Program-made: the position numbers and the translations under genes
Shown here: positions 1 through 9,800 of the stretch, in pieces
Layout: every line of letters begins with the position of its first letter
Position numbering within the stretch: the stretch's first letter is position 1
The notes under the pieces: model-generated
What the model was told of the DNA's origin: nothing
What the model saw: the letters and a program-made list of their open reading frames with translations, nothing else
Databases searched by the model: none
IMG/VR virus record: IMGVR_UViG_3300020356_000001
Location: 17,362-81,361 of that record
Reading direction: 5' to 3' (one strand)
Length of the DNA stretch: 64,000 bases
From: a virus
Lineage: Duplodnaviria; Caudoviricetes

Positions 1-10
1 GCAACACCAG

Positions 11-229
11 TTGCTTGAATCATTATGGTTAACATGCAACGAGTTAGCAGTAGGTGCATCAGTCAACGTAGCGGCTATATCTTTTATCGCTCAACAAACA
101 GGGCTTGAAGATGCTTTGACAACACACATGCGCGATAATGTGTTTACTCATCCAAGCATGCAAGAACCTGAACCTGAACCATCAAGTCCACCTAAGTTAC
201 ACCTTGTAGGCGATGTTAAGGATGACTGA
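11..229 (+). CDS. Hypothetical phage protein (may begin left of the window)
   Basis: 72-aa ORF whose stop overlaps the next ATG at 229. Confidence 0.45.
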   Translation: MLESLWLTCNELAVGASVNVAAISFIAQQTGLEDALTTHMRDNVFTHPSMQEPEPEPSSPPKLHLVGDVKDD

Positions 230-672
230 TGCGAAAACGTACAACAGGAATGACGTTACCTGAGAAGGTAGATTTCTGGTTAGACCCTGTTAATAAGTGG
301 TCACAATGGGAAGATGATTGTCTGATTTGGTTAGGCAAACTTGCATGGAATGGATATGGATGCGTTAGCCACACACATGAACACGGCAGAAAGTATCACA
401 TCCTGTCACGCCTTGTCTGTATTGTGAAGAATGGTGAACCACCAGCACATAAAGACAGCGCCGAACACACTTGTGGTAGGCGGGCTTGTATAAATCCTAA
501 GCATTTGTATTGGGGTTCAACTAAAGACAACAATAGGGAATCGCGTAGGAATCGCAGGCAAGCAGAAGAATTGCAAGAGTTAAACGAGGATGTTAAGTAT
601 ATGGAAGCAAGAATCATACAGTTAGAACATGAAAAAAGTTTTCATCTAAGACAGAAAGGTTGGCATAGATGA
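229..672 (+). CDS. HNH endonuclease (HNH_3-like) with C-terminal coiled coil
   Basis: CLIWLG...NGYG...HTCGRRACINPKHLYWGSTKDN motif. Confidence 0.75.
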   Translation: MRKRTTGMTLPEKVDFWLDPVNKWSQWEDDCLIWLGKLAWNGYGCVSHTHEHGRKYHILSRLVCIVKNGEPPAHKDSAEHTCGRRACINPKHLYWGSTKDNNRESRRNRRQAEELQELNEDVKYMEARIIQLEHEKSFHLRQKGWHR

Positions 673-806
673 GTGGTGGTTGGAAGCATGAGCAAGGAAC
701 GCTTACAAGAGAAGAATGGTTACATTATCGTAACATAGATGCAAAGAAGTTACGAAGCAAGAACGTAATCGTAAACGAATCTTCACCTAAAAAGAAATTT
801 CAATAA
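669..806 (+). CDS. Small hypothetical protein (45 aa, not in ORF track)
   Basis: ATGA overlap with HNH stop; open frame MSGGWKHEQG...KKKFQ. Confidence 0.45.
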   Translation: MSGGWKHEQGTLTREEWLHYRNIDAKKLRSKNVIVNESSPKKKFQ

Positions 807-818
807 GTAGAATAGTAA

Positions 819-860
819 GTACTAAGTATCTTTTTAGTGTAACTAAAAAGGTACTAAGTA
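819..860. promoter_or_regulatory. AT-rich operator/origin-like site: direct repeats GTACTAAGTA flanking a palindrome
   Basis: GTACTAAGTA at 819-828 and 851-860; CTTTTTAG-tgtaa-CTAAAAAG at 830-850; followed by the GGAGG RBS of the exonuclease. Confidence 0.45.
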
Positions 861-872
861 AGGGAGGTAGTA

Positions 873-1679
873 ATGAACTTAGATTACCCGTTGCATTTAG
901 ATGCAGATGGTAGGTGGGTACACACTTGGGTTAGACAATCGTCTATTAAAACAGCAGATATGTGCATGGAGAAATGGCGCACCGACATTTTTAATGTTGT
1001 AAGCGAACCGTTGAAAGATGCCAGTGAATTAGGTACTGCATGTCATGCGGCTGTTGAAGATTTATTAAACGCACGCATAGAGAACCAAGGTGAAATGTCC
1101 TTGCCGGATATGCTAACTGCGTTTGAACACTATTGGTTTGATGTCGTTGATGACATAACAGTATGGAACAAATTCACGGCTGCGTCTGGGTACGAAGCAG
1201 GGTTATCCAAACTTAAAAACTGGTACGAAGAAATCTACCCGCAGTTAAACCCTGTTGAGGTAGAACACACGTTTAATGTGCCTCTAATAGAGGATGAGTT
1301 TAGAGTTGTCAGACTCACAGGTACTGTGGATCTGATTGAAAAGGATCGCTGTTGGGATTGGAAATTTCCTAGCAGAGACTATACGAAACAGGCATGGGAG
1401 TATCACAGATGGGATGTGCAATCTATTGCATATGCTTTCGCTACTGGTATCCCTGACTTTTCGTATGCGGTGATGCACCCGAAAGGTGCTAGCCGAATGG
1501 ATCTTGTGCGTGACGAGGAGCATTTTGCTTGGTTACGTCAGAAGGTTCTAGCATTATGCAAACTAATCGAAAGCAATCATCGTGGTCCTTACCCGTTGAA
1601 TGACAACGGTTGGTGGTGTAGTGACAAATGGTGTGAAAATTTCACACGGTGTAAAGGTGCAACGATAGGAGGCACATAG
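873..1679 (+). CDS. Cas4/RecB-like PD-(D/E)XK exonuclease
   Basis: SSIK...C, GTACH, GTVDLI, DWK, Q..AY motifs; C-terminal CSDKWC..C (four Cys in total, possible Fe-S cluster). Confidence 0.8.
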   Translation: MNLDYPLHLDADGRWVHTWVRQSSIKTADMCMEKWRTDIFNVVSEPLKDASELGTACHAAVEDLLNARIENQGEMSLPDMLTAFEHYWFDVVDDITVWNKFTAASGYEAGLSKLKNWYEEIYPQLNPVEVEHTFNVPLIEDEFRVVRLTGTVDLIEKDRCWDWKFPSRDYTKQAWEYHRWDVQSIAYAFATGIPDFSYAVMHPKGASRMDLVRDEEHFAWLRQKVLALCKLIESNHRGPYPLNDNGWWCSDKWCENFTRCKGATIGGT

Positions 1680-1681
1680 AT

Positions 1682-2377
1682 ATGGCATTTAAGCCTATGG
1701 CTCCACATGAAAGAGCCAGTATAGAAGCGCAGGTTTGTCTTAAGGGAGGCGTGGAACTTGCGTGCGCAGAAATAGCAAGCAACCCTGATGGGGTGGCTGT
1801 TACAAGCGCAGTGGAAAACGCAAAGGTTTTGGCTGATGCGTTGTCAGACCTCAAGACAATTCTTGCAGGTACAGAAATAGCAATAGCCCCTAGTAATGGT
1901 GATATGGATGCCGCGATTGCAAAGTCAAGCGCAGTAATCTCTGAAGCATTCGAGGGGACAACACAAGTAAGTACATCCAAACCTACTGCCAGTAAGTATG
2001 TGGATGATACGGATTACCCTGAGATACATAAATTGTTTCTCGCTGAAAGCGCATCGGGTATCAAATACGGATCTAAAGACAGTATGTTTTTAGACAACGT
2101 AGAGATAAGAGAAGCCTTTCAAAAAGGAGTAAGAACTTATCCTGCCGACTATTGGATGGAGTCAATGAGAGGCGCAGATATACCTGTTACTAAGCATGGT
2201 AAGTGTGCGTTGGGTGATTTTAAAGTTAAGAAAGGTGTGAGCATCAATTCAGATGGTGCGCCTATTCTTACTAGCGGTGAAGGTAACCATCCTCTTGCTA
2301 ATAAGAGTGGTTACTTTGCTGGACTTGTTAATCATTCCCCGTTCAACTGGGCAGACAAGGAAAAACTTCTTGCCTGA
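1682..2377 (+). CDS. Hypothetical replication-module protein
   Basis: 231-aa ORF with RBS (GGAGG), between exonuclease and helicase. Confidence 0.7.
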   Translation: MAFKPMAPHERASIEAQVCLKGGVELACAEIASNPDGVAVTSAVENAKVLADALSDLKTILAGTEIAIAPSNGDMDAAIAKSSAVISEAFEGTTQVSTSKPTASKYVDDTDYPEIHKLFLAESASGIKYGSKDSMFLDNVEIREAFQKGVRTYPADYWMESMRGADIPVTKHGKCALGDFKVKKGVSINSDGAPILTSGEGNHPLANKSGYFAGLVNHSPFNWADKEKLLA

Positions 2378-3374
2378 TGAAATAAGTCTTGAGGATGCGC
2401 AAGCACTCATAGCAGGGGCGGGAGCAACCGCGGCTCCCGTTCCTGCGCCACCCTCGGAGCCTCCAGCAGAAATAGAGGGGATATCATCTGCTGATCTACA
2501 AAGATTATTTACACCTAAAAAAGAACAGGTGCGCCGTATGCGGCACGACCTGCAAGTAGGTAACGAATGGTCATTTGGAGTTCGTGCGTTTGATGATGCC
2601 ACATTAGGTGGTGCAAGAGGCGGTCAACTTGTGACCGTCATAGGTAGATCACACACAGGTAAAACTTTACTTGCGTTAAACATGGTGGCACGTAATCGTA
2701 ACCATCGAACCTTATGGGTAAGCCCTGATGAAACAGAAACAATGTTTTGGGGTAGATACGCAGCCATCAGGTTAGACACAGACCAGAAAGAATGGATCAA
2801 CAAACTGATCCGTGAAGATCCAAAGGCATGGGAACGAGTAGAAGAAATAATGCGGAAAGATACCAACCTGCATTTTGAATCCACTGGAATGACAGTTGAT
2901 GATCTAGATAAAGCAATGCGTATCGCATCAGTGGAACTATGGGATGGGCAAAGACCAGACGTAATCGTGTACGACTACCTTGAATTGATAAGAGGTGGAG
3001 GAGCAGGAGATGCGGCAAGTGTGCAAGCAAAAATAGAATCCTTCAAACAACTAGTCTCTGACTGGCGTGTTGTAGGCGTAATGTTGCACCAGTCTGGGCG
3101 TGGTTCAGGTAATCGCGGTAAAGCAGGTGGCATAGAAGCAGGGCGTTACGCATCCACAAGTGAAAGCCATTTTCTTATAGAAACATGGCGCAGATGGGAT
3201 GACACTAACCTTGAAGATGAGGTTCGTCACCATTACGAAGATGAAATTAGCGTAGGCTTATGGAAGAACAAATCAGGGGACGGCGAAAAAGCAGAAACTA
3301 ACCTAAGAATAGGATCAAGCGGACGCTTGTTAGAACCCGGAATTGTGTGGGAGCAGATGAATTTCGATGAGTGA
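2370..3374 (+). CDS. DnaB-like (SF4) replicative helicase / RecA-fold ATPase
   Basis: Walker A GRSHTGKT, Walker B VYDYLELI, HQSGR motif; likely TTG start at 2370 with AAGGA RBS (ORF track starts at 2253). Confidence 0.8.
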   Translation: MPDEISLEDAQALIAGAGATAAPVPAPPSEPPAEIEGISSADLQRLFTPKKEQVRRMRHDLQVGNEWSFGVRAFDDATLGGARGGQLVTVIGRSHTGKTLLALNMVARNRNHRTLWVSPDETETMFWGRYAAIRLDTDQKEWINKLIREDPKAWERVEEIMRKDTNLHFESTGMTVDDLDKAMRIASVELWDGQRPDVIVYDYLELIRGGGAGDAASVQAKIESFKQLVSDWRVVGVMLHQSGRGSGNRGKAGGIEAGRYASTSESHFLIETWRRWDDTNLEDEVRHHYEDEISVGLWKNKSGDGEKAETNLRIGSSGRLLEPGIVWEQMNFDE

Positions 3375-4392
3375 TTTAATAAATACATTTGGGTTACTGT
3401 TCAGGGGTTTCATGTCAGCACATGGAACAGATGAAGGTGGATGTAAATGGGCGATAGTAAATCGCACAACATTTGAACGTCACATATCAGGCGAAGAAAT
3501 GATTGGGATTTACCCAATGGTTTACAACCCTGAAAATACAACAGCAGAATTTAACTGGGAAGAAAACGAAGATAATAACCGTTATTATCCAGATATGCAG
3601 CCAGACTTATGGCATTGCAAGTGGGGTGCTATAGACATAGACGAAGGAGATGACTCACTAGTCTTAGCAAAGAATGTGAGTGTGGTCTTGTCAGCATTAA
3701 ACATTCCTAGTTGGGTGGAACTATCCAGAAGTAAAGGATGTCACGTATGGATCTTCAATCAACAATGGACACGTTCATCTGTTATGCGCAGAGCAATGAA
3801 AAGCGCATTGCAACTATTAGAAATACCTTACGATGCTGTCTACCCTAAACAAGATTCACTGATGGGACCGCCCGGAAATTACATGCGTATCCCTTATGGT
3901 GGGAAACGACCAGAAGGCAGACAAGAAGTTTTTGATTCAGAAGGCGAACGCTTAACTCTTGAACAATTCGTTGAACAAGCAGACAACAATCGTGCATCTT
4001 TAGAAGCAATAGAACACGCCGCAACCCTGTATAAAGAACCACAACCAGTGGTTCCAGACTTGCCACCTAAACGAGACTACAACAAAGAACCATTAATGAA
4101 CCCTGATGGGTCACGCTTACGTGGACTATCATCACAAATGTTTGATAATGGACCCGTCCCGTACTACAAAGAACAAGGAGCAGGCAGAGGCAGACACGGA
4201 TTTCTCAACAGATTTGCACGATCTATGTTTGAATCCGGCTATAACCATGTTGATGTCGTATCATGGACTAAAGACTTAGACTCAAGGTTAGGACAGTGGT
4301 GGGATGACGGACCAAAATTCCAAGGCAGGCACGACTGCGAAAGACAAATCGAAAGACTTGTCCAAGAAGCAAAGCAAAGAGCAGCCAAGTGA
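3367..4392 (+). CDS. Archaeo-eukaryotic primase (AEP)-family primase/polymerase
   Basis: AIDID, SRSKGCH and GNYMRIPY motifs; directly after helicase. Confidence 0.8.
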   Translation: MSDLINTFGLLFRGFMSAHGTDEGGCKWAIVNRTTFERHISGEEMIGIYPMVYNPENTTAEFNWEENEDNNRYYPDMQPDLWHCKWGAIDIDEGDDSLVLAKNVSVVLSALNIPSWVELSRSKGCHVWIFNQQWTRSSVMRRAMKSALQLLEIPYDAVYPKQDSLMGPPGNYMRIPYGGKRPEGRQEVFDSEGERLTLEQFVEQADNNRASLEAIEHAATLYKEPQPVVPDLPPKRDYNKEPLMNPDGSRLRGLSSQMFDNGPVPYYKEQGAGRGRHGFLNRFARSMFESGYNHVDVVSWTKDLDSRLGQWWDDGPKFQGRHDCERQIERLVQEAKQRAAK

Positions 4393-4732
4393 ATACTCAT
4401 TTGTTGTTGAAGGCAGACCCAAACCTAAAGCAAGACCACGCATGTCACGCAAAGGAATGGTTTACACACCTAAAGAAACAATCATTGCTGAAGAAGCCTA
4501 CGTTCATGCACTCGGAGATGACTGCCCTGTGTTTGAAGGACCAGTGGAAGTGGAGATGACATTTTGCATAGATCAGACTCTAGTAACAATCAAATCAATA
4601 CCCGAATCGGAGACAAAACTCAGAGGGGATCTGGACAATTATGTGAAAACGTGTCTGGATGGATGTCAAAGAGCAGGGATAATACCCAACGACAGGCTAG
4701 TAATGAGAATCGAAGCAGAGAAAACCATATGA
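4304..4732 (+). CDS. rusA: RusA-like Holliday junction resolvase
   Basis: GRPKPKARPR, GDLDNYVKTCLDG and IPNDRLV motifs; start uncertain (ATG 4304 or TTG 4358). Confidence 0.8.
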   Translation: MTDQNSKAGTTAKDKSKDLSKKQSKEQPSEYSFVVEGRPKPKARPRMSRKGMVYTPKETIIAEEAYVHALGDDCPVFEGPVEVEMTFCIDQTLVTIKSIPESETKLRGDLDNYVKTCLDGCQRAGIIPNDRLVMRIEAEKTI

Positions 4733-5253
4733 TAAAAATAGATTTAGAACCATGGGAATACGAATGGGCATCTCATGTAGGCGCAAGACGTTACATAGAA
4801 AACTGGGATAAAAACGATGCCCTTCATTATGACAGAAGTCGAATGCAAGACGACAGAACTGCACAGGTCGCAGCCTGTGTAGCAGAACTAGCAGTAGCCA
4901 AACATACAAACAAATACTGGTCAGGTCATGTTTGGAAAGTAGACAAACATGACCAGTACAAACACATTGCTGACGTAGGTAAAAACATAGAAGTTAAACG
5001 CGTACGAACCAGCACCAATGCAGCCGTTAGACGTAAACAAAACGGATTAGGTTTAGTCCTGTTTGTTGTGCGAGTTGTTGAACCAGAGTTACGTTCAGCA
5101 GAAATACTCGGTTGGATAAGTCAAGACTTAGGTTGGGCTAAAGGTTTACCCTCAGATTATGACCCTGAAAACACACGAGTGATAAAGGAAGAATATTTAA
5201 ACTCTCCAATGAACTACAATAGTGCATATGGCGAAGAAGGAATTTCCGTTTGA
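4729..5253 (+). CDS. Hypothetical phage protein (possibly nuclease fold, IEVK motif)
   Basis: ATGA overlap with the RusA stop at 4729; AELAVAK...ADVGKNIEVKRVR. Confidence 0.65.
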   Translation: MIKIDLEPWEYEWASHVGARRYIENWDKNDALHYDRSRMQDDRTAQVAACVAELAVAKHTNKYWSGHVWKVDKHDQYKHIADVGKNIEVKRVRTSTNAAVRRKQNGLGLVLFVVRVVEPELRSAEILGWISQDLGWAKGLPSDYDPENTRVIKEEYLNSPMNYNSAYGEEGISV

Positions 5254-5593
5254 TCCCCTTAAAGGTTTACGGGGGGCATCCTACGCCGAGATTCGAGGAG
5301 CGCCCGACACACTCGTACAAGCATTACAACAAGCAAGCCCCTTCAGCGAACCGCGCCTCTCAAAAGAAGAAAGCACGGCTCGCCACGAGGTTGTTCTTGA
5401 CGCGTTGGAAACGCTCGAAGATTGGGAACTCTGGTTACTAAACGCAGTTCTATTTGAACGCATGAGTTTGCGTCAAATCGAATACGTTATGGGCATACCT
5501 AAAACTACAGTCGCACGTAAACGTGACAAGATCTTAGACAAATTAAAAACCTATCTAGAAGATCATCCTGTAATTAAAGAATACTTATCCTAA
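5228..5593 (+). CDS. Sigma-70 region 4-like HTH protein
   Basis: ALETLEDWE...MSLRQIEYVMGIPKTTVARKRDKILDKLK resembles sigma region 4. Confidence 0.7.
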   Translation: MAKKEFPFDPLKGLRGASYAEIRGAPDTLVQALQQASPFSEPRLSKEESTARHEVVLDALETLEDWELWLLNAVLFERMSLRQIEYVMGIPKTTVARKRDKILDKLKTYLEDHPVIKEYLS

Positions 5594-5898
5594 TCTTGAA
5601 AATCTTCTAACGCGTCAGCGGATCTCATAATCAACTGGCTGATTGTAGAAAATACATGCGAGTGTAAAGGGCTGTTATCAAAATCGTTTATCAGATTCTC
5701 AGCAGCGAATGCCATTACGTGTTCGTAAGGCAAAACAATTAACACACCCAAACTATCTTCATGCCATTTAGCATGGTTGTTATCAGCCATCTCCATAAGA
5801 TGTGAAGTATCTCTCATATCTTCCATGATTTCAGTAGCAATGTAATCGTATTCGTCTGTAAAAATTTCAAACTTTTGATTAACCTGCTCCTGATTCAT
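5590..5898 (-). CDS. Hypothetical acidic protein
   Basis: 102-aa ORF, last gene of the late operon, converging on the sigma-like gene. Confidence 0.6.
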   Translation of the reverse strand: MNQEQVNQKFEIFTDEYDYIATEIMEDMRDTSHLMEMADNNHAKWHEDSLGVLIVLPYEHVMAFAAENLINDFDNSPLHSHVFSTISQLIMRSADALEDFQD

Positions 5899-5900
5899 AG

Positions 5901-6077
5901 TTACTTATCCTTTGCTACCTTGTCTTTAACAATAGTCTTAAGTACAGAAACGGCAGCAGCCAAACCTGCAATGCCCGCTCCTTTTGCTGATGACAAATCA
6001 GCAACTACGAATGTTCCAAGAAACGCTTGAGCGAAAGTCCACCCCGCACGTTCCAACATATCCATCATATTTTTCAT
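5901..6077 (-). CDS. Holin (actinophage r1t-like)
   Basis: ERAGWTFAQAFLG plus two hydrophobic segments; ATGA-coupled to the endolysin stop. Confidence 0.75.
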   Translation of the reverse strand: MKNMMDMLERAGWTFAQAFLGTFVVADLSSAKGAGIAGLAAAVSVLKTIVKDKVAKDK

Positions 6078-6829
6078 ACTGTCCACAATACCTTCCATGT
6101 GTTTTTGTCAATAATGTTATTGACTTTCATAGCATAATTTGATTTGAATTTTTTAACTGCCATACCAGTTTTTCTTCCGTAAATTCCATCCACTTTCAAA
6201 TCTGCTTTAACTAAATCGTTTAATCTTTTCTGCGCTAATGAAACCAACTCACCCTTACTGCCTCTTTTGAGTACACGAGTGTTCAAATACGCATCACCCT
6301 TCTCTAATATGTAACGTAAAATAGCCTCAAAATCTATTGCTACATTAGATGGGCTGTCCTCCACGTTTGCGCCTGAATAAATCCATTCAGCCAGATTCTT
6401 GCCGGGGCATGTTGTGCTTGAGAAATCTTTGTGGCACTTGACCCACAAGTGATCTCCATACTTTTTTCTGATTGCCCCGACAACGGTAAGAATTGTTTCT
6501 TTACCGATAGGAGTTAAGTTTTTATCTGAATCACCTACGTAAGAAATTGAAATAGTTTTAGAGTTCCATCCCCTAGTAGCCGCACCTACTTTCCAGCCGC
6601 GACCTTCAAAAATTTCACCAGTCTCACCTGATACCAACCAGTTGTAACCAATCGAATCGTAACCTCTGGTTCTAACATGGTACCTGTCATGTCCTCTCAC
6701 ACGGTTCCACGGGTCGTCTGACGGCCCCGTAGTGTGATGGATGACTATTCCTACTATTTTTCTACGAAAGTTCTTGAGAGGCTTACCAGAGTCAATCGCC
6801 CCCCAATTAGATCTTGAGATGTATTCCAT
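6074..6829 (-). CDS. Endolysin: N-acetylmuramoyl-L-alanine amidase (Amidase_2/PGRP) plus peptidoglycan-binding domain
   Basis: IVIHHT, IGYNWLV, GEIFEGRGW, HKDFSSTTCPG; C-terminal LKRGSKG...DGIYGRKT. Confidence 0.9.
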   Translation of the reverse strand: MEYISRSNWGAIDSGKPLKNFRRKIVGIVIHHTTGPSDDPWNRVRGHDRYHVRTRGYDSIGYNWLVSGETGEIFEGRGWKVGAATRGWNSKTISISYVGDSDKNLTPIGKETILTVVGAIRKKYGDHLWVKCHKDFSSTTCPGKNLAEWIYSGANVEDSPSNVAIDFEAILRYILEKGDAYLNTRVLKRGSKGELVSLAQKRLNDLVKADLKVDGIYGRKTGMAVKKFKSNYAMKVNNIIDKNTWKVLWTV

Positions 6830-6849
6830 ACCCTAAGGATAGTTTGTCC

Positions 6850-9800
6850 CTAACGCAATCTCGCTCCACGTAAAGATTTTTCTTGGCTAATCTCATCACG
6901 CATTTCATAACCACGACTAATTAATTCCATCTGCTGCTCATACTTTGTGTTAGTTCTAAGCCCAATACCAAAAGCAAACGACATCCAACTAGACAACGTA
7001 CGTTCTTGATAACGCTGCTCATCAGGGAACAACCTGCGGAAATCAGTGAACGTAGGTAACAACTGTGCCATCGTGTGCAACTCATAATCTTTCATAGCCC
7101 AATCACCCTGATCGTTCTTAGCCGCAAGACCACCCATATTCAACAAAGGCATAAGACCCGGAATCATCGCGTACGCACGAGGAACAACCTCATACCTGCC
7201 ATCAAAATTGTAATCCTTCCACAAATTTTGCTTTGCTTTCCATTCGTAAGGAGCCTTAATCAAAGGAGTAACTTGTGTACCGAAAGTACCTAACGCTATT
7301 TGAACACGATCAACAACAGACAAATCTTTATCAAAAGCCAACGCAGGATCAAGCAATTCCAACGGAGCCTTAAACGGCATGTCAGGAAGAATAAACATAT
7401 CCTCCCCTTCAAACTTAAACGGCAACTGAATAGCACCTTGACGTTGCATCCAACGAGGATAAACAGAAGGAGGACTCTCAGTCGTAGCCTCAATCTCCTT
7501 CTTCAAACTGTTGTAACGATTGAATACAGCAGGCTTACGAGCAAACATTTCAAACATCAACGGCATGTTCTTACGAGTCCACGTATAAAAAGGAATTACT
7601 TTCTTAACAACATTGCGTTCAAAATCAGACAAGTCATCGTAATCGAAATGAAACTTCATCACATTATCAAACGCCTCATCAACAGCGCCACCCTTATACA
7701 GTGTGTCGAACCCTAAAGAACCACGCACAAAAGTTTCAGTAGCCATACCCAAATTACGAGACAACCTTAAAGGAGCGTTACGACTAGACGCAGGATTCAT
7801 AGCATCTATCAAATTAATTTTCTTACCACGAATAGTTACACTAGGACCAATACCTTTACCACCAGTCTCAACAAACTCAGTTGCAACCTGACCACCAGCA
7901 GCACCCAAAGCACCACTCTCAGACAACTGCCTTATGTATTGCACATGCTCAGGATTAACATTATTAGGATTAATACCACGCGCTTTCATAGCCTTACGCA
8001 TACTGCTAGCACGATCAGTTAAACCTAAACGAGTTGCTTCTTCTTCCTGAAACTTCCAATACGAACGCATAAACCTACGGTAATTAGACCAATTCATACC
8101 AGACAAATGATTCATAAACACAGCAGACATAAAGTTCCTGCCATGAAATCCGGGCTTTGCAATCATGTAAGCGCGTAACAAATTGTGCAATTTGTCATAC
8201 TTGCGGAAGAAACCAGCAGCACCACCCCTAGCAACATACCTTTCAGCAGCAACCATTGATTCAACAATCGCTTCAGGACCCTGCAATGTAGCACCAATAG
8301 GTTTAAAGCCAGAACGGAACACAGTGTCTAACACTTCTTCACGTTTAGGAATCCTATGCAAATCATCAGCACCTTCAGGGAACTGAGACACCAACTCCAA
8401 CCAATCATTAGCGCCTTCCTCGAATTGATCCAAAGCAAGGTTCAACATCTCTGCATCATTATCAATAAGAGCGCCTACAGCCAACCGAATCTCAACAAGA
8501 TCATCAGGTATATCTTCCAAAGGAACATTCTCAGGCGCACCCAACCGAGCAAGAGTTTCTTTTGCTCGATCAATCTGTCCCTGTTTCTGAGCCAATGCAG
8601 TATCCAAAGCCCATTGACTCATGCCAGCATTAACATCTGTCCGTCCTTTATCGGCAACAGCATTAGCAAATTTTCTGCTAAGTTCTGCATGCACTACAGA
8701 AACTTCTTCTAAATTTTGTGTAAGTAAAGCACGTTTATTAACGAGTGCTTCCATTAAATCAATCTGATAAGCATTAGGTCCAACGCCTTGATAATTAGGA
8801 CCCATGTAACTTTGTGCTTGTCCATCCCACCAGTCTAAAAACGAGGCTGCGTCTATAAATTTTGTTTGACCTTCTGCTGCTCCCATTGAACCTTTGCCAA
8901 TAATAGTTTCAATGGCTGCCGCTTCATCTTCCCATAACTCACCAGCAGTTTTAAGAACATTTGATTCATCATCAGGATCAATTATCATAGGCATATCAGG
9001 GTCATCAGGGTAAGGATTATGCAACCTGCGTGCAGCATCATCACTTAAATCGGCGCTATCAAACGCAGCGTCACTAGCAATACGAGAAATGTTTCTGTGT
9101 GTAGTCATCACATCAGAACTGTGTACAGCAAGAGGATTTGTAACCATCATGTTTGCCCAAAGTTGTGGCGATGGCGAAAATCTTTTTCCTTGAAAAGGAA
9201 CTGCTTCAGAAAGAGCATTAGCGCTCATTGTTATTTCTTCTTCATTAAACCAAGCAGTAGCGTTATACCCATCCGCACTTAAAGAACGGCGGTAAGTTTC
9301 ATAAAAGTTTTTAAACAACCACTGTTGAGGTTTAACTGCTTTATCAGACAACTGGCTAATAGGAGTACCCGAAGGTTGCATAGTAAATAGCAACGCATCT
9401 ATACCACCAGCAAAACGAGAAAGCATAAAATTGTTTTTAGCAATTTGACCAGCCCAACCATCAGGATTTATAGCACTATCTATTTGACCTAAATAAACAG
9501 AAAGCATTTCAGGTACATCACCTGTTTTAATATTTAATTCTTTCCGCAACTCAGTAGATAATTTTGCTATATTTTTTTCCCAAGGGTCTGTCAATCTGGG
9601 GCGCATAATCTGACCTTCAGTCAAACGTCTAGAAACTTGCCCCCCACCAGAAGTATCAGTCATCCAAATAGCAAAACGTAAACGTTCCTCGAAACTCATT
9701 GAGTTTAATTTCTGAACCATTTGCGCACGTTGAGGATCAATACCAAACGCACTTGTAGGAATTGCAATATCACCCATCTCTAAAGCCATACGAACAACAG

